From the NCBI RefSeq assembly GCF_964355755.1, contig NC_092670.1, positions 12,200,795-12,264,794 on the forward strand: a stretch of 64,000 bases of DNA. The letters are read 5' to 3'. Below the pieces are notes generated by a model. The model was not told where the DNA came from. It searched no databases and was given only the letters and a program-made list of their open reading frames with translations. Positions 27,196-39,800 of this stretch are shown in pieces (within the stretch, counting starts at the first letter, position 1; each line of letters begins with the position of its first letter). Position numbers and translations under genes: made by a program. This stretch comes from Antedon mediterranea (lineage: Eukaryota; Animalia; Echinodermata).

Positions 27196-27439
27196 TGGAG
27201 TACTGTAATTACTCCATGGTAGAAGAAACTCATGTTGCAGACACAGAGTAGTGCAGAAACGAGAGTAAGAGAAACGGTGGTAGAAGACTGAAATGGTACA
27301 ATTATCAAGCACTAATAAGCAGAGTTCAATATGACAGTTGATGTGATAGAAACTCGATATTAATCTCTAAAATGTCCTAATCAGGGTTCCAATTAGTAGT
27401 ATAGCAAGAATTATAAAAAATAAATTCAAAACATAAAAA

Positions 27440-27682
27440 ATGTATTTTTTGTAGTTTTAATAAAGTTATTCACTTCCATAGAAAAAAAAATGTTAAATGA
27501 CAAAAATTCAACCAAAAATCTATTGGCTGGCAGCCAATTTGACCATTTTTGGCTTTAAATTACATTTTTTCATGTAAATATATTTTTTTCTGATCCAATT
27601 TTTGGTCAAAGAAGATAACAATTATGTTACATTAAAATGGAATATTCAACACAATTTTTTTTTTCAGGGGGACAATACATCT
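27440..27682. mobile_element. Kolobok-type element, left end missing
   Basis: Ends GGGGGACAATACATCT|TTAA; body similar to 17017-17335. Confidence 0.7.
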
Positions 27683-28066
27683 TTAATTAGAATGTGAACT
27701 TTTATCTCCTGAATTAGAAATTGGAATAATTTACATGTGAATGTTGCCTATGTTAATCAACATATAGTATTTTTTTTAACATTAAGTTATGTTGAACTTT
27801 CAGATATGACTGGATTCATATAAGTTAGTATTTGGGCTATATATTGAAATTAAGACACCTGAGGAGACAGAATTGAACCACAGATTATTCACATGAGATA
27901 AAGTGTTACCTGATTAAGAGACTTTACTGCAAAATGGATTACGATGCATATGATTAGACTTGTTAATATTATTTTATCACACAACGATAACATGTCTGTT
28001 GAGCGCGTTCAGTTTATCTTTTATGGCAGACGATAATTACAATTTCTATAAGTTTTTGTTGTTTAA

Positions 28067-30524
28067 AGATGTATTGTCCCCCAAAAAATGAAAAATAAAG
28101 ATGAAAAAAATCAAATTTTGAATAGACCGTTTTGTAGTTAACATAAAGTTATTCACTTCCACCGAAAAAAAATCCGAAAAAAATATTGATTTCGCTTATA
28201 AAAAAATCAAAATAAGTTAACCATTTTTTCGAACTCATCGGCTCGGAAATTAGGCCGGTAGAGCTAACTCATACATATGCATGATATGTTAATGAGCATC
28301 CACACAGCAGAGATCTGATCTAACAATGAACGATGCACGTTGTATGGTACGGGTACAACAACACCACCAGAGATCGACGCGACTCGACTGTGGGTTTCCC
28401 TGGGATGGCTGATCGTATAAATATGTAAAGCTGAGCTGTTAATTTGTCGGTATGTAGGCCTAGACGGTTTTTTTAAATATAATAATATATATAACGCAAT
28501 AATAAAAGGAAGGTAAATTAATTAACTTAGCCTGGGATTTTTTCAGTTCAGGGCTAGGCCTAGAATAATTAATACATGCTGCTGCATATTACTAGGCTAG
28601 TAGCAAGCAGACTGTGACAATCGGGTCCATGCAGAAGATGCCCAGCTAGGCCCTATACATTGTACTCTTCATAGACTGGCCTAGGCTATATGCCATCAAT
28701 CTTAGCTACATTCCGAAAATACAGCCAGCTTGCTGTACCATATATATTTACAGTTGAAGCTTGTTTAACTAATTTTTATGATAAAAATAAAACAAACATT
28801 TTTCAGGGAAAATGGTTGCAATACAAGCCTGAAATTGAGAACCTTCCAGCAGCACTGTACAAGTAGACAGAGGGGAAAAGCCAGCTTAGCCATTTTACAA
28901 CACAAACAAATGTTCTCTGTACTGTAGTAAGTCAAATATTTATTTTCTATTTTTATAAGTTATAACATTATAAGTAATGTGTTTTAATTACCATAGAAAG
29001 GTAGTATACTTATTTGACTATGTCAAAGTAAGCAATTTCACTAGCCCAACTTTGCACTAAATATGCATGATCTATTTTTTCCAGATTTTCATACTTTGCT
29101 TTTTTTAAAGACGTTGAGCTGATGAAGACTGGAACAGAGGTCACCCAAAGACAACAATGATAGACTCGGTATTGGAATATGATTGGATATTGCAGGAAAA
29201 ATATTTCTGACTCTCCTGCTGCATTCAGCCAATATGTTCTTGTCCAGCTTGTAAAATATTGTATATTTTTTTTTGTATTATATGTACAGTATATTATTTT
29301 GTAAACATAACATTCAATAAATAAAAAAAAACTACTACAACAGTACACAGGATAAATTCTTCAAATTTACTTACACTTCATAATTTTACTGTAAATATTA
29401 CAGTGCAAAAGGAGTTAATAAAATATATATATACAGTATATCTTATTGAATTCCTGTATTGTTTTTTGTGTCAATTTGTCTACTAATTATCAATGTGTTG
29501 ATTGTGGCAGTAATTACGACAGCTATAGTCTTCTAAGATCGCTCACATCCATTACAAAGTGTCATTTTAATAGTAAGAAACGTTTCAATAAATTGTGAAT
29601 GTTGCCACTGTACGATACATTTTATGTTTCTCACTACTTGCTCTTATTGTTCAATCAATCAACCTAAAAAAAAAAGAAATTTGTGTCAAAATATCTGCAT
29701 AAAATGTTTATTTGCGGAATGTTAATTTGAACCTATTGCATTTGATACAGAAAATATTTTTAAAATATTGCATCAGTAAAACATCCAAAACAATATTTAG
29801 ATTTTCTTTTTTTTTTAATTTTCACTGCCGAATAGATAGTTGAAATCTTTAAAAATTAAACCAATTCATCATGATTAAAACAAAAATACATCCCTTCTGG
29901 TGGTGGTCTACTGTAGCCCTAGCTAGCAGTGTACTGCCTAGGCCTACTACACTCTACTTCTAGAGACAGAAGTAGGCAGCAGTTAGGCTACTCGAGTGCT
30001 AGTAGTAGTACTAGGCCTAGTAGTACAGTAGCAGCAAATTCGGGCCTAGGCCTAGCTAGGCCTCTCCTGTTAGCGAAACAAAAACTCACCTAAATGAATA
30101 AGATTCAACATCAAAGTTACCAACTGTAATTCTAACTTAGCATTCTGCTAGCTATAGTTTTCGTGTTTTCTTCAAGATTCGTCTCGCATCACTACTCGAC
30201 TCTCTCGCACGCATGGCATTGCTATCGTTGTTGGCTGTGTTGATTTGGTTGGAAAGCGTCATCATCCACACGATGTATCCATACAATATGAATATTTATG
30301 AGCTAACTCAGGTCAAGGGTTAAATTAAACCGGAACACATTTGTCTTCCAGACAAATAGCTTCCGGTTGGTTAATTTTTGCATTAAATTGCGATTTTCCC
30401 GTGTAAAAAATTATTTTTTTCAATCCAAATTGAGGTCAAAGTGAATAACTTTTATGTGCAATTAAAATGGCCTATTCAACAAAAATATTGAAAAAAAAAT
30501 TTTTTTCATGGGGACAATACATCT
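28067..30524. mobile_element. Kolobok-type non-autonomous DNA transposon, 2458 bp
   Basis: TTAA|AGATGTATTGTCCCC ... GGGGACAATACATCT|TTAA: perfect 15-bp TIR, RR/YY termini and a TTAA TSD. No intact transposase ORF. Confidence 0.85.
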
Positions 30525-31786
30525 TTAAACGTTGCATCTAGATTTCATTTCTTGAATTAGCTTAACCAATAAATCAACATACATACATGGGTTTCAAATA
30601 CTAATCATTTCAAGCTTGAATTGGAAAAAAAAACCTTTGCCAAAATCAGAATACAAAAGCATGTAATATAAAGGAGCACTAGATTGGAATTATCTTCTAT
30701 TCTATTCATATTCAAGGTTTTATTCAATAAAACGAAAATTTACATTGTAGCCAAAGGCTAAATTGTGTAAGATTTTACAAAATATTCCACATATAAAAAA
30801 GTTATCACATAAAAAGAACATCTTATATTAAAATGGAATTGGATTTTAAGTACATAATATGAAAATGAGAAAAACATTGAAAAATCAAAAAAATTGTTAC
30901 GAATCATGGCCTAATAAAATATCTGTATTAAAACTTAAGTATTACTTGTTTATTATTTCACATTGGTTGATGACGGCAACTTTGGCTAAATGTAATTATT
31001 CTTTATTATTCAACAGGTTACTTAGGTATGGTTCTAATACCAAACTTCTTACTTCAACTCTCTACTCTTTAAACATATTGGAATAAAGAATAAAACAAGA
31101 AATAAACACATTTTGGTATTTTGGTTTTGGTGTTAGGGAAGAACAGTCATGTGCTATTCTTAAATAAAGTTCAACTTGAACTTGAATATAATTAAATTGT
31201 GCTCTTATGTCAAATAATCGGTGGTTTAACAAAAAGGTTACTTTTCACTAATTGATTATGTTCACTATTAATGCACTTAAAACGTTACGATGTAATTAAA
31301 TGTTATTTTATTATTTGTGGTGTTAGAACATAATTTACAACTTTAATCATAAAGTGACTAAATGTTAGAAAACATAGTGACATTAACAGTCCAGACTAGG
31401 CTGCATGTCGTTATCTATTAAATACAGTATAACATTCACGAGTAAATTAAAGATTTAGATGAAAATATATATTACGATCTAAGCATACGTATTATTACAG
31501 ATACATTAGTACTTAAATGCATTGGTATTCCTAACATGAACGTGACGAGAGAGCATCAACGTTGATCAACATCGGAGTACTAGGGGGTAAATGGCGGCAT
31601 TATTACATCGTTAAACACAAATAGCCTAAAATGATGCGGTAGTTGGTGAATGTTATCACAAACTTGATACAATCGTGATTTTAGTTTACCGTTTCATGTC
31701 ATTATTTTTAATTTTTACCTGAGTAAATTCTACACGTAACTATAGTATAGAAAATACTGGTAGACACAAAGTTAACACACATAAAC

Positions 31787-32500
31787 AGACGCAACGTCAT
31801 TATCGGTATTTAAACGCGCGCGTACAAAAAGACGTAACATATCAGTATTTGAATACGTACGTACGTAACATTATTATCAAAGCGTGGTTCCCACTAGAAC
31901 GCTACGCAGTGACGTATTAACGCAAAGTGATGTATTGCGTAATCACAAGTGGGAACCGACGACGCAACAGTGTTGCAAACATCGCAGATTTGATTTCACG
32001 CAGGCGGGAGCAAGCACAATGTTTGAAAGGGCATTTTCTTACATTGCGTGGGTTGCGTTACGTTGCGTCGCTAGTGGGAACCAAGCTTTTAGCGTGGTTC
32101 CCACTAGAACGCAACGCATCGACGCAAAGTGCTGTATTGCGTAATCACAAGTGGGAAACGACGACGCAATAGTGCTGCAAAATTGCGTCGCTAGTGGGAA
32201 CCAAGCATAGAGCGTGGTTCCCACTTGCGACGCAACGTAACGCAACCTACGCAACATAAGCAAATGCCCTTCCAATAATTGTGTTTGCCCCTGCCAGACG
32301 TAACGTTATTATCAGTATTTGAATGCGCGCGTAGAAGAGATGTAAGATTATTATCATTATTGAAAACGCGCGTAAAAATGACATTAATATTTGAACGCAT
32401 ACAAACATAACGTTATTATTAGTATGTGTGCATTATTACCAATATTTAAACGCGCGCAAATAGGTAACGTTAGTATCAACACCAGTATTCGAACGCGCAC
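31787..32500. repeat. Degenerate ~35-45 bp tandem repeat interrupted by a MITE cluster
   Basis: ACGTAACRTTATTATCAGTATTTGAAYGCGCGCGTA-like units on both sides of 31881-32295. Confidence 0.65.
31881..32295. mobile_element. Cluster of three adjacent Harbinger-type family B MITEs
   Basis: Copies at 31881-32087, 32091-32207 (internally deleted) and 32211-~32295 (inverted, partial), each starting AGCGTGGTTCCCACT. Confidence 0.85.
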
Positions 32501-33472
32501 GTCTGAGTCGTGCTGTTTCACTCACTGATAATAATTATAACATAATACTAATCATTAAGGACAAATCATCAGAAGCCTAACAACATGTTCACACATCATA
32601 TCTTTGCGTATTAAATCAAAGCATGCCATTTATATATTACAAATCTTACCAAACCGTACCATACGTCATCGGAAAATCATCGGTTTCCAAGCACGATGTT
32701 TTGCAAAAACTTTTACCTTTCTAAGATAAACCTATTTATCCATTGATGTTATAAATCGAATTACTGTAGATTAAAAAGGATTCTTAACAACAGAAGCAAA
32801 GCTAATTATAGAACACGAGGTTGTCAAATATGTGATGTTTGTTTCGATGATAAATGCCGCTATAAAATGTTCATATCGAAACAACATGCATTATTGATTT
32901 TAACAGGCGGGCCATCGTTGATCGTACGAGAAGCGAGCACATTTATGTAGAAAGTTTACTTAATAATGCAATGATGATCTGAATATAGTACGACAAATCT
33001 GAAATATAAGCTTTATAATCTAAGCAAGTAGACATTAGACGCTGTTTAAGAACGAACCACTCTTGGCAGATCCACGTTGATTGACTGATTGATTGTGTTA
33101 AAAACATCTTCATAGCTTCAAGTGTCTAAATGCACTACCCTTTAATCTTTTTTAAACTTTTTAAGTGTCATCTCTTAGTACTTTTAATCCGCAACAGCCA
33201 TTAATTCGGCCTCAATATCATATCAATCAATATTTATATGTTTTTCTATATACTATTTATACATTAAGACGGGTAATAGTAAGCGACGTGACTTGTAAAA
33301 TTGAGTGCTTTTTGGAAAGAGTTTTAAAACATGAACAGAACTGATATATGACCTCAATTTTTCAGAAGGTGATACGAGAGACTTATTATTTTGTTAAAAG
33401 TCGAATCTTTCAGTGACATTTTGATATTGGCATTACGGATTTACTGTTAATACAGACGATATGTGGTGGTTA

Positions 33473-33668
33473 AGCGTGGTTTCCACTAGAACGTAACGCA
33501 GCGACGTATCGACGCAAAGTGACGTAACGCAACGCAAGTGAATTGACCAATCACAAGCGATGGCTTATTCGCTTGTGATTGCTAACTGTCTATAACTTCG
33601 CTTGTCATTGGTTAAAACGCTTGCGTTGCGTTTACGTCCTTGGGTTACGTTCTAGTGGGAACCAAGCT
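33473..33668. mobile_element. Harbinger-type MITE, family B/A chimera
   Basis: TTA|AGCGTGGTTTCCACTAG ... CTAGTGGGAACCAAGCT|TTA. Confidence 0.85.
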
Positions 33669-34438
33669 TTAATTGCATCTGGGAACATTTCAGTTTTTGT
33701 TTAAATCGCTATTGTTGTCCAATGGAGGGGAAGCGTGCATAATAATTATTAATATTGTTTTCATGTTTTACAACAACGGGATTACAACGTATCACATTTC
33801 ATTCGACTATATTACGTAATCATTTTAAATTGCAGCGCCCTCTATACTATTTATATGTATGTATCAACAGATGCCTAATAATTTATTTCTAGTGAAATCG
33901 ATATATTGATGACGTCACAAATGTTATTTTTATCCATATCTGAGCGCCAAATATATTCGAATGTTTTTAAGTTAAGAGGCGAGGTAAAGCTTAATTACAT
34001 TTTCTAAAGGCAAACTAGCCATCACGATTAATAATATAACTGTTAAAACGTGAACTCAATGCTAATACAAATTTTAAACAAATTACCTTATATTTCATGA
34101 AAAAAATCCAATTTAGCGATTTTGAAGAAAAATCTTGTCCTCGAGGTACAACATATATTGATAGACGAGAATTCTGTAAAAAGGGAAATAGGCTCAGAGT
34201 AAGCTTGGTTAAGTCTAATTAATGAACGGATGGTTCCAGAGATGGATTCAAATTCTAAATTTGTGATGCAAAGATTGAAGTTGACGCATGCGTACTAAAG
34301 CGGTTTTAACACACACGTCGTCACAACATAGTATCTGGTATGGTTTCAGATACAGGCCTATTAATGAATGCTGCTATGTGCTAGTACGAGAGGAGAAAAT
34401 GTGCTTTATAGCGTTAAAATGTTTTGAGTGGAAAATTC

Positions 34439-35177
34439 GAACGTAACGCAAGGACGTAAACGCAACGCAAGCGTTACCAATGACAAGCGAAGTTATAGAC
34501 AGTTAACAATCACAAGCGAATAAGCCATCGCTTGTGATTGGTCAATTCACTTGCGTTGCGTTACGTCCTTGTGTTGCGTCGCTAGTGGGAACCACGCTTA
34601 AAACTTGGTTCCCACTTGCGACGCAACGTAACGCAATCTACCCAACGTAAGAAAATGCCCTTCCAATTGCCCCTGCCTGCGTGAAATCAAACCTGCGATT
34701 TTTGCAGCACTGTTGCGTTGCGTCGTCGGTTCCCACTTGTGACTTCATCACTAGCGACGCAACATAACGCAACCTACGCAACGTAAGAAAATGCCCTTCC
34801 GATAATTGTGTTTGCCCCCGCGTGAAATCAAACCTGCGATGTTTGCATCATTATTGCGTCGTCGGTTCCCACTTGCGCAATACAGCACTTTGCGTTAATA
34901 CGTCGTTGCGTTACGTCCTAGTGGGAACCACGCTTTACTATTATATGTATACTTAAGAACTCCACGTTAATAAAGCGTGGTTCCCACTAGAACGTAACGT
35001 AACGCAGCGACGCAAAGTTGTGTATTGCGTAATCACAAGTGGGAACCGATGACGCAATAGTGCTGTAAACATCGCGGGTTTGATTACACGCAGGCGGGGG
35101 CAAACACAATTATTGTAAGGGCATTTTCTAACGTTGCGTAGGTTGCGTTACGTTGCTTCGCTAGTGGAAACCACGCT
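34439..35177. mobile_element. Cluster of Harbinger-type MITEs (partial A 34439-34598; B with internal duplication 34602-34934; B 34974-35177)
   Basis: Repeated GGTTCCCACT / AGTGGGAACC TIRs with TAA/TTA flanks. Confidence 0.85.
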
Positions 35178-35881
35178 TTAGGCTATATACACACCCATGT
35201 ACGTATAACGATGGTCATTCGTATAATATAAAAACGTTTATTTTTATCCGAAATTTCCAGCATGTTTTATTCTGTGGAAAAGTGTATTATCAAATACATC
35301 ACACGCGACAGTCATATTGTTTTGTTGTCTCAGTATCGTTAAGAGAAAATAACTTAATACTATGAACTTTTGATTTGTTTTAGTATCAATTATTTCTCAA
35401 TACCGTTAAGATATGAAGCTTTATTGAAAATCTCATATTGGCTTTGAAATTCCAAAATAGCTCTCTAGATATTGTTTGTCAGGAGAGATGCCTTAATGGT
35501 CCTCGTTGTCATCTCTTCCGATGATGCAAAACTAAAAATAGGCCTAGGCACAATTAACATTTCTTAATAGCTTATTTTAAATTGATTTTTACATAAAGGT
35601 ATGCGAAAACGACAAGTAGACGGCATGATACTCAATGTAATACAAACAGTGGAAAACATTAGATGAAACCAATATGTGAAATTAGCAAAGATCAAGTACC
35701 GTCATGCAATCTGCCTGACGGTTTTAGCGTTACAGTTTCAGGTTCTATTTCGCCATTATTAACAATGAAGTAGCATCTCCTTAACAGAAGTACAAAACAC
35801 AGAATAAGGCCTACAAAGAATGTTCGCTAACAAGTCAATACATAAAACGTTATTTATCTTCTTATATCTTCTCAACGCATG

Positions 35882-36218
35882 TTATTATTATTATTATTAT
35901 TATTTTATTTATATATAGCGCTTTTCTAAATTAGTATAAAATAATCAAAGCGCTTTACATCAGCACACCCAACAATGAGTCACTTCTTAGGATATAGATG
36001 TGTTTTGAGGGCTTTTTTAAATTTTAAAACCGTGGTTTGTTCCCGGATCACAGACGGGAGTTCGTTCCACATCACCGGTCCAAATTTTGAGAAAGTATTA
36101 TTTCCAGAGGTCCGCTTTTCGAGACAGTGATCCAATCTAGTGTGATCTATTTCGGACCTCAGGCCTCTCTTAGCACATCTATACACCCGTAAGAGATTGC
36201 TCAGATAACAGGGCGCAT
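35882..36218 (-). mobile_element. LINE (L2/CR1 group) 3' fragment
   Basis: Minus translation APCYLSNLL...LRS...GNNTFSKFGPVMWNELPSVIRE...FKKALKTHLY matches the typical C-terminus of L2/CR1-group ORF2. It is followed by an AAAGCGCT...AAGCGCTATATA tail and (AAT)n. Confidence 0.8.
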
Positions 36219-36363
36219 TATTTATTATTATTTATTTAAGTGTAGGCCTATTCATGCAGATTACCGGTGCATCAACTATATACCTTAACTTACTTTTACT
36301 CAAAAGGGGTACTAGTTTGATAAAGTGCAATATTAAAGAGATGTGACCAGTGTATGGATGTAA

Positions 36364-36513
36364 AGCTATGTCTACATTATCAAACTGTATATGTCAACAA
36401 AATGTGATATGCCCATATGGACCTGATGATGTCATATCATTACCATATTTAAAATATCATTGCCGTATTTGGGCACATCACACTTTTTTTATCAAACTAT
36501 TTTGATAGTGTAG
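36364..36513. mobile_element. Harbinger-type MITE family C (diverged)
   Basis: TAA|AGCTATGTCTACATTATCAAAC ... TTTGATAGTGTAG; similar to the copies at 52439 and 56836. Confidence 0.7.
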
Positions 36514-36700
36514 TTTATTACCCATCACGCCATGCGGGCAGAACTACCATAGCTAAAATCCATACCAAATCTACACAAATACTACAGACTTATTATAATA
36601 ACTGACGAGGATGTGGTTTTTGCTTATTTGAACTCAGAGATAGGTTACCGCGTATGTAATTCCACTTTAAGATTTACAACCCGTGAAATTGTACTGTTAA

Positions 36701-36862
36701 GGCTAATTTACACAGACAAACGTTAACGGTAAGCGAAAAACCGTGTAGCTTGTCCCACGTGGAAACCGCCCGTCCGCTCCGCGTTGTGTGTAAATGGTCA
36801 TAGGAAATAACACGGATTCGATATTTTTTTTTACAGTTACCGCTCGTCTGTGTAAAGTGGCC
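36701..36862. mobile_element. Harbinger-type palindromic MITE
   Basis: TAA|GGCTAATTTACACAGAC ... GTCTGTGTAAAGTGGCC|TTA. Confidence 0.7.
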
Positions 36863-39800
36863 TTACGTCGCCATGGACGACATACGTGTGGTGGCCGTCC
36901 GTCTATAATTGTCGTAGAGTATAGGCCTAGTCCAACTGACAACCATTGCACGCTTGTCATAATCAGTAGTGCAATTTCATCACATTGTATGCGCGTACTT
37001 CTATAACATCTGAGTTACTGTTTTATTAATAAATGTCTACTGGTCTCTTCAATTGTCTTTTTTTGACAGGAGCCAATTTCCGTAGTGTAGACCGGAAATC
37101 TAACAAGATGGACTTAATGGAGTAATGTTCTCTGAAATGTCAGTTCTATTTGTCAATGAATCATGGAATAGATTCATGTAATAAACAAGAAATATTTCTT
37201 ACAAAAAACGTTGCTCGCTTATTGAAAAATATGTTTTATTTCAAATGTTTTTGAATGTGTCATTTTATTGTCACATAATAGTTATTTTACCTGAAAAAAT
37301 GTAATTTAAAGCAACAAATACTTAAATTGTCTGTCAGATAATGGTTTTTGGGGTTCTTTTCTCTTTTTATATGTGAATAAATATTATTTTTTTGTGACAG
37401 AAGTGAATACTCAATTTCTGTCACTTTAGTTAATTTTATTGCTAAGGCCAAGTCTGGGGGTCACTTCATCACTCTAGATATTTCAAGTGTGAAGTATCCT
37501 ATTACAAACACAAACTTTAATGGCCTGTTTCGATAATAATTCAATGAATATCTGACAGTGAATATACCAGAAATGCTTTGGGATTTGTAATTTTAGCACG
37601 ACATGTCCTAATAGACTCTTTTCCCAGACGTTTTTTGGGTCTACTGTAGCAGGTGGAATCTATAAATTATAGTGGAGTTTCCATTTTCGCAAAACTGTCG
37701 TCCTTAGAACTATAACTGCTGCTTGCTTTAGCTTCTGGTTGAGTAGTCCTAATGGGACGTAGCGGGCTAGAGCAGCAGCGTGAAAAACATGTTAAAGTCT
37801 CCATTTTTTATCTCTCAATATGTCGGAGACGGAATCTGAGAAGAAATCAGGCGGGGAGGTTTGGGAGCATCCATAATCAAACGCAATTTGTTCCAAATAC
37901 ATAAATATAAATTTTAAACCTTCATGTTGTTACACAATTTATTGATCTTATGATTAATCGGAGCGATAAACTGGCACATTTGAGTCTCGCATATCAATGT
38001 TGATAAAGTACAAATATATCAATTAGTGGAAAAAAAGTAACGTTTTGGAATGTAAACATTAATTTTAGTTCGAATTAAGTCAGGTATGAAACGCTAACAG
38101 GCAAGGTTCAGATGATGGAGGGCACACTGTTTAATATAATCATTAGGCGTAGATTTAAATTTAGAAGAAATGAAACATAATCTGTGTTCCATATCGGTGG
38201 GAAAGTCGACGTCACCAAAATGTTAAACATTGTTTAATTTCGGGCTAATGTATTTTAGTTGTTAAATATGATATACATGAAGATATTAGATTTAATTATT
38301 TTGAAATGATGGAAGGAGTACATAGTGGAATTTATCAATTTGTGATCTATATATTCCTATTCAGCGTTCCATAAATAATACTCAGTACCTGAGGGAGTCC
38401 GTCCGGCCGATAAGCCGTGCATCGATCTTGTTCACAAGTTAAGCGAAACACTCGTTTCAAATTCATCAAATTCAGGTAATTGGAGTTTTGTAACATATAT
38501 TTTACACTCAGTTCTTCAACTGCGACGGTGGTGTCCTCCTTTCGAGTTCACTTCCAATAACGGCTTTAGATATCTTACAAAATTACATTACGTGATGTTA
38601 TGATACGATCACAATAGGTAATTACGCGACTGATTATGTTATAAAACATTGCTCACTCTCATCATGTTTACATTACATAATGCGATAGACCAACACATTG
38701 AGAACATATTGATGATGTAGCGATGTTGAAAATGCCTAATAAAACAAGTTTACTGTCAACCACCGCTCTGATTTGTTTTTAAAGATTATTATGTTAAGAA
38801 AATAATTTAAAAATATCCTATTATTTTCTCAATAAGGTATATATAGCTAATAATAACAATATGCCTAGCAGAGAATTATTTCAATGAGACTATATTTGTG
38901 TAGACACTAATTTAAAAAAAGTTATTCGCGAACTGGTACGGTATGTTCACAATAGGTGGATATACATTAAAGTTACCGTCTAGTAATTTTACTTCAACTT
39001 TCTTTTGCCTTCTATTTGTCAATAAAAGATTGTTTTTGCTTTTATTTTGAAATGAAAGTGAATGCAATGGAAAATTCAAATGCTTTAATTTACAAAACTT
39101 TTAAATAAAACAAAATGTAGTTTTGAACACTTAATATAGAGTTTTCAATGGCATTATTCTATTATTGAATTACATCATACGCATCCTATGGTTTACATGA
39201 TACATACTGTTGAGTATTGAAATTTAAAACGCCAAATCAATGTGACGTGAGAGGGATTTACAGGAAATAGAGAAGGTTAAAGCTATTTCTATCATTATTT
39301 CTTATAAGAATAATAATGGTAGATAGATATAATTTTGTGATATAAAATTATATTATGTTGGTTGTAATTTTGTTAATGAACGTCATTAGCAACTGCGCAT
39401 GCGTGTTACATGTGTCTTTGTGATGTTACTGAAAATATACTCTAATTTCTTACACAACGCATCCCACAAACAATTTCGTCTCAATACACTAGGATTACAC
39501 TCAATTACACTTTTCAAGTACATGATTCTCCCTCTGGTCAGGTCATGTCGGTGCTGCTAACTACGGCGCTAGGCCTATTTCGTCTCTGTGACGGAATAAA
39601 CTCTAGTTCCTTGAGCTTTTTCGCGTCAGAGAAAAGTAGTTCGAAATGTTTCTCCTTTTTTTAAAAATGTTCAAACAATTTGAACTCTGAAAATAAGTCA
39701 TATACGTTCCTGAGCACTCATGCTAATTAAAAAGTGGAAAAATAAAGGGTGTAGGCCCCATAGTGCGATTTTTTTTCTTTGCGGAAACATTTTTAAATTC

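Noticed and set aside
26615-27196. Poly-Leu/Pro 193-aa ORF
   Set aside because: It is an alternative reading of the 15-bp minisatellite.
31884-32400. Four overlapping ORFs
   Set aside because: They lie largely within palindromic MITE copies and the flanking tandem repeat.
37560-37880. Possible coding exon on the minus strand
   Set aside because: Short open stretches only, with no motif or convincing splice-site pair.
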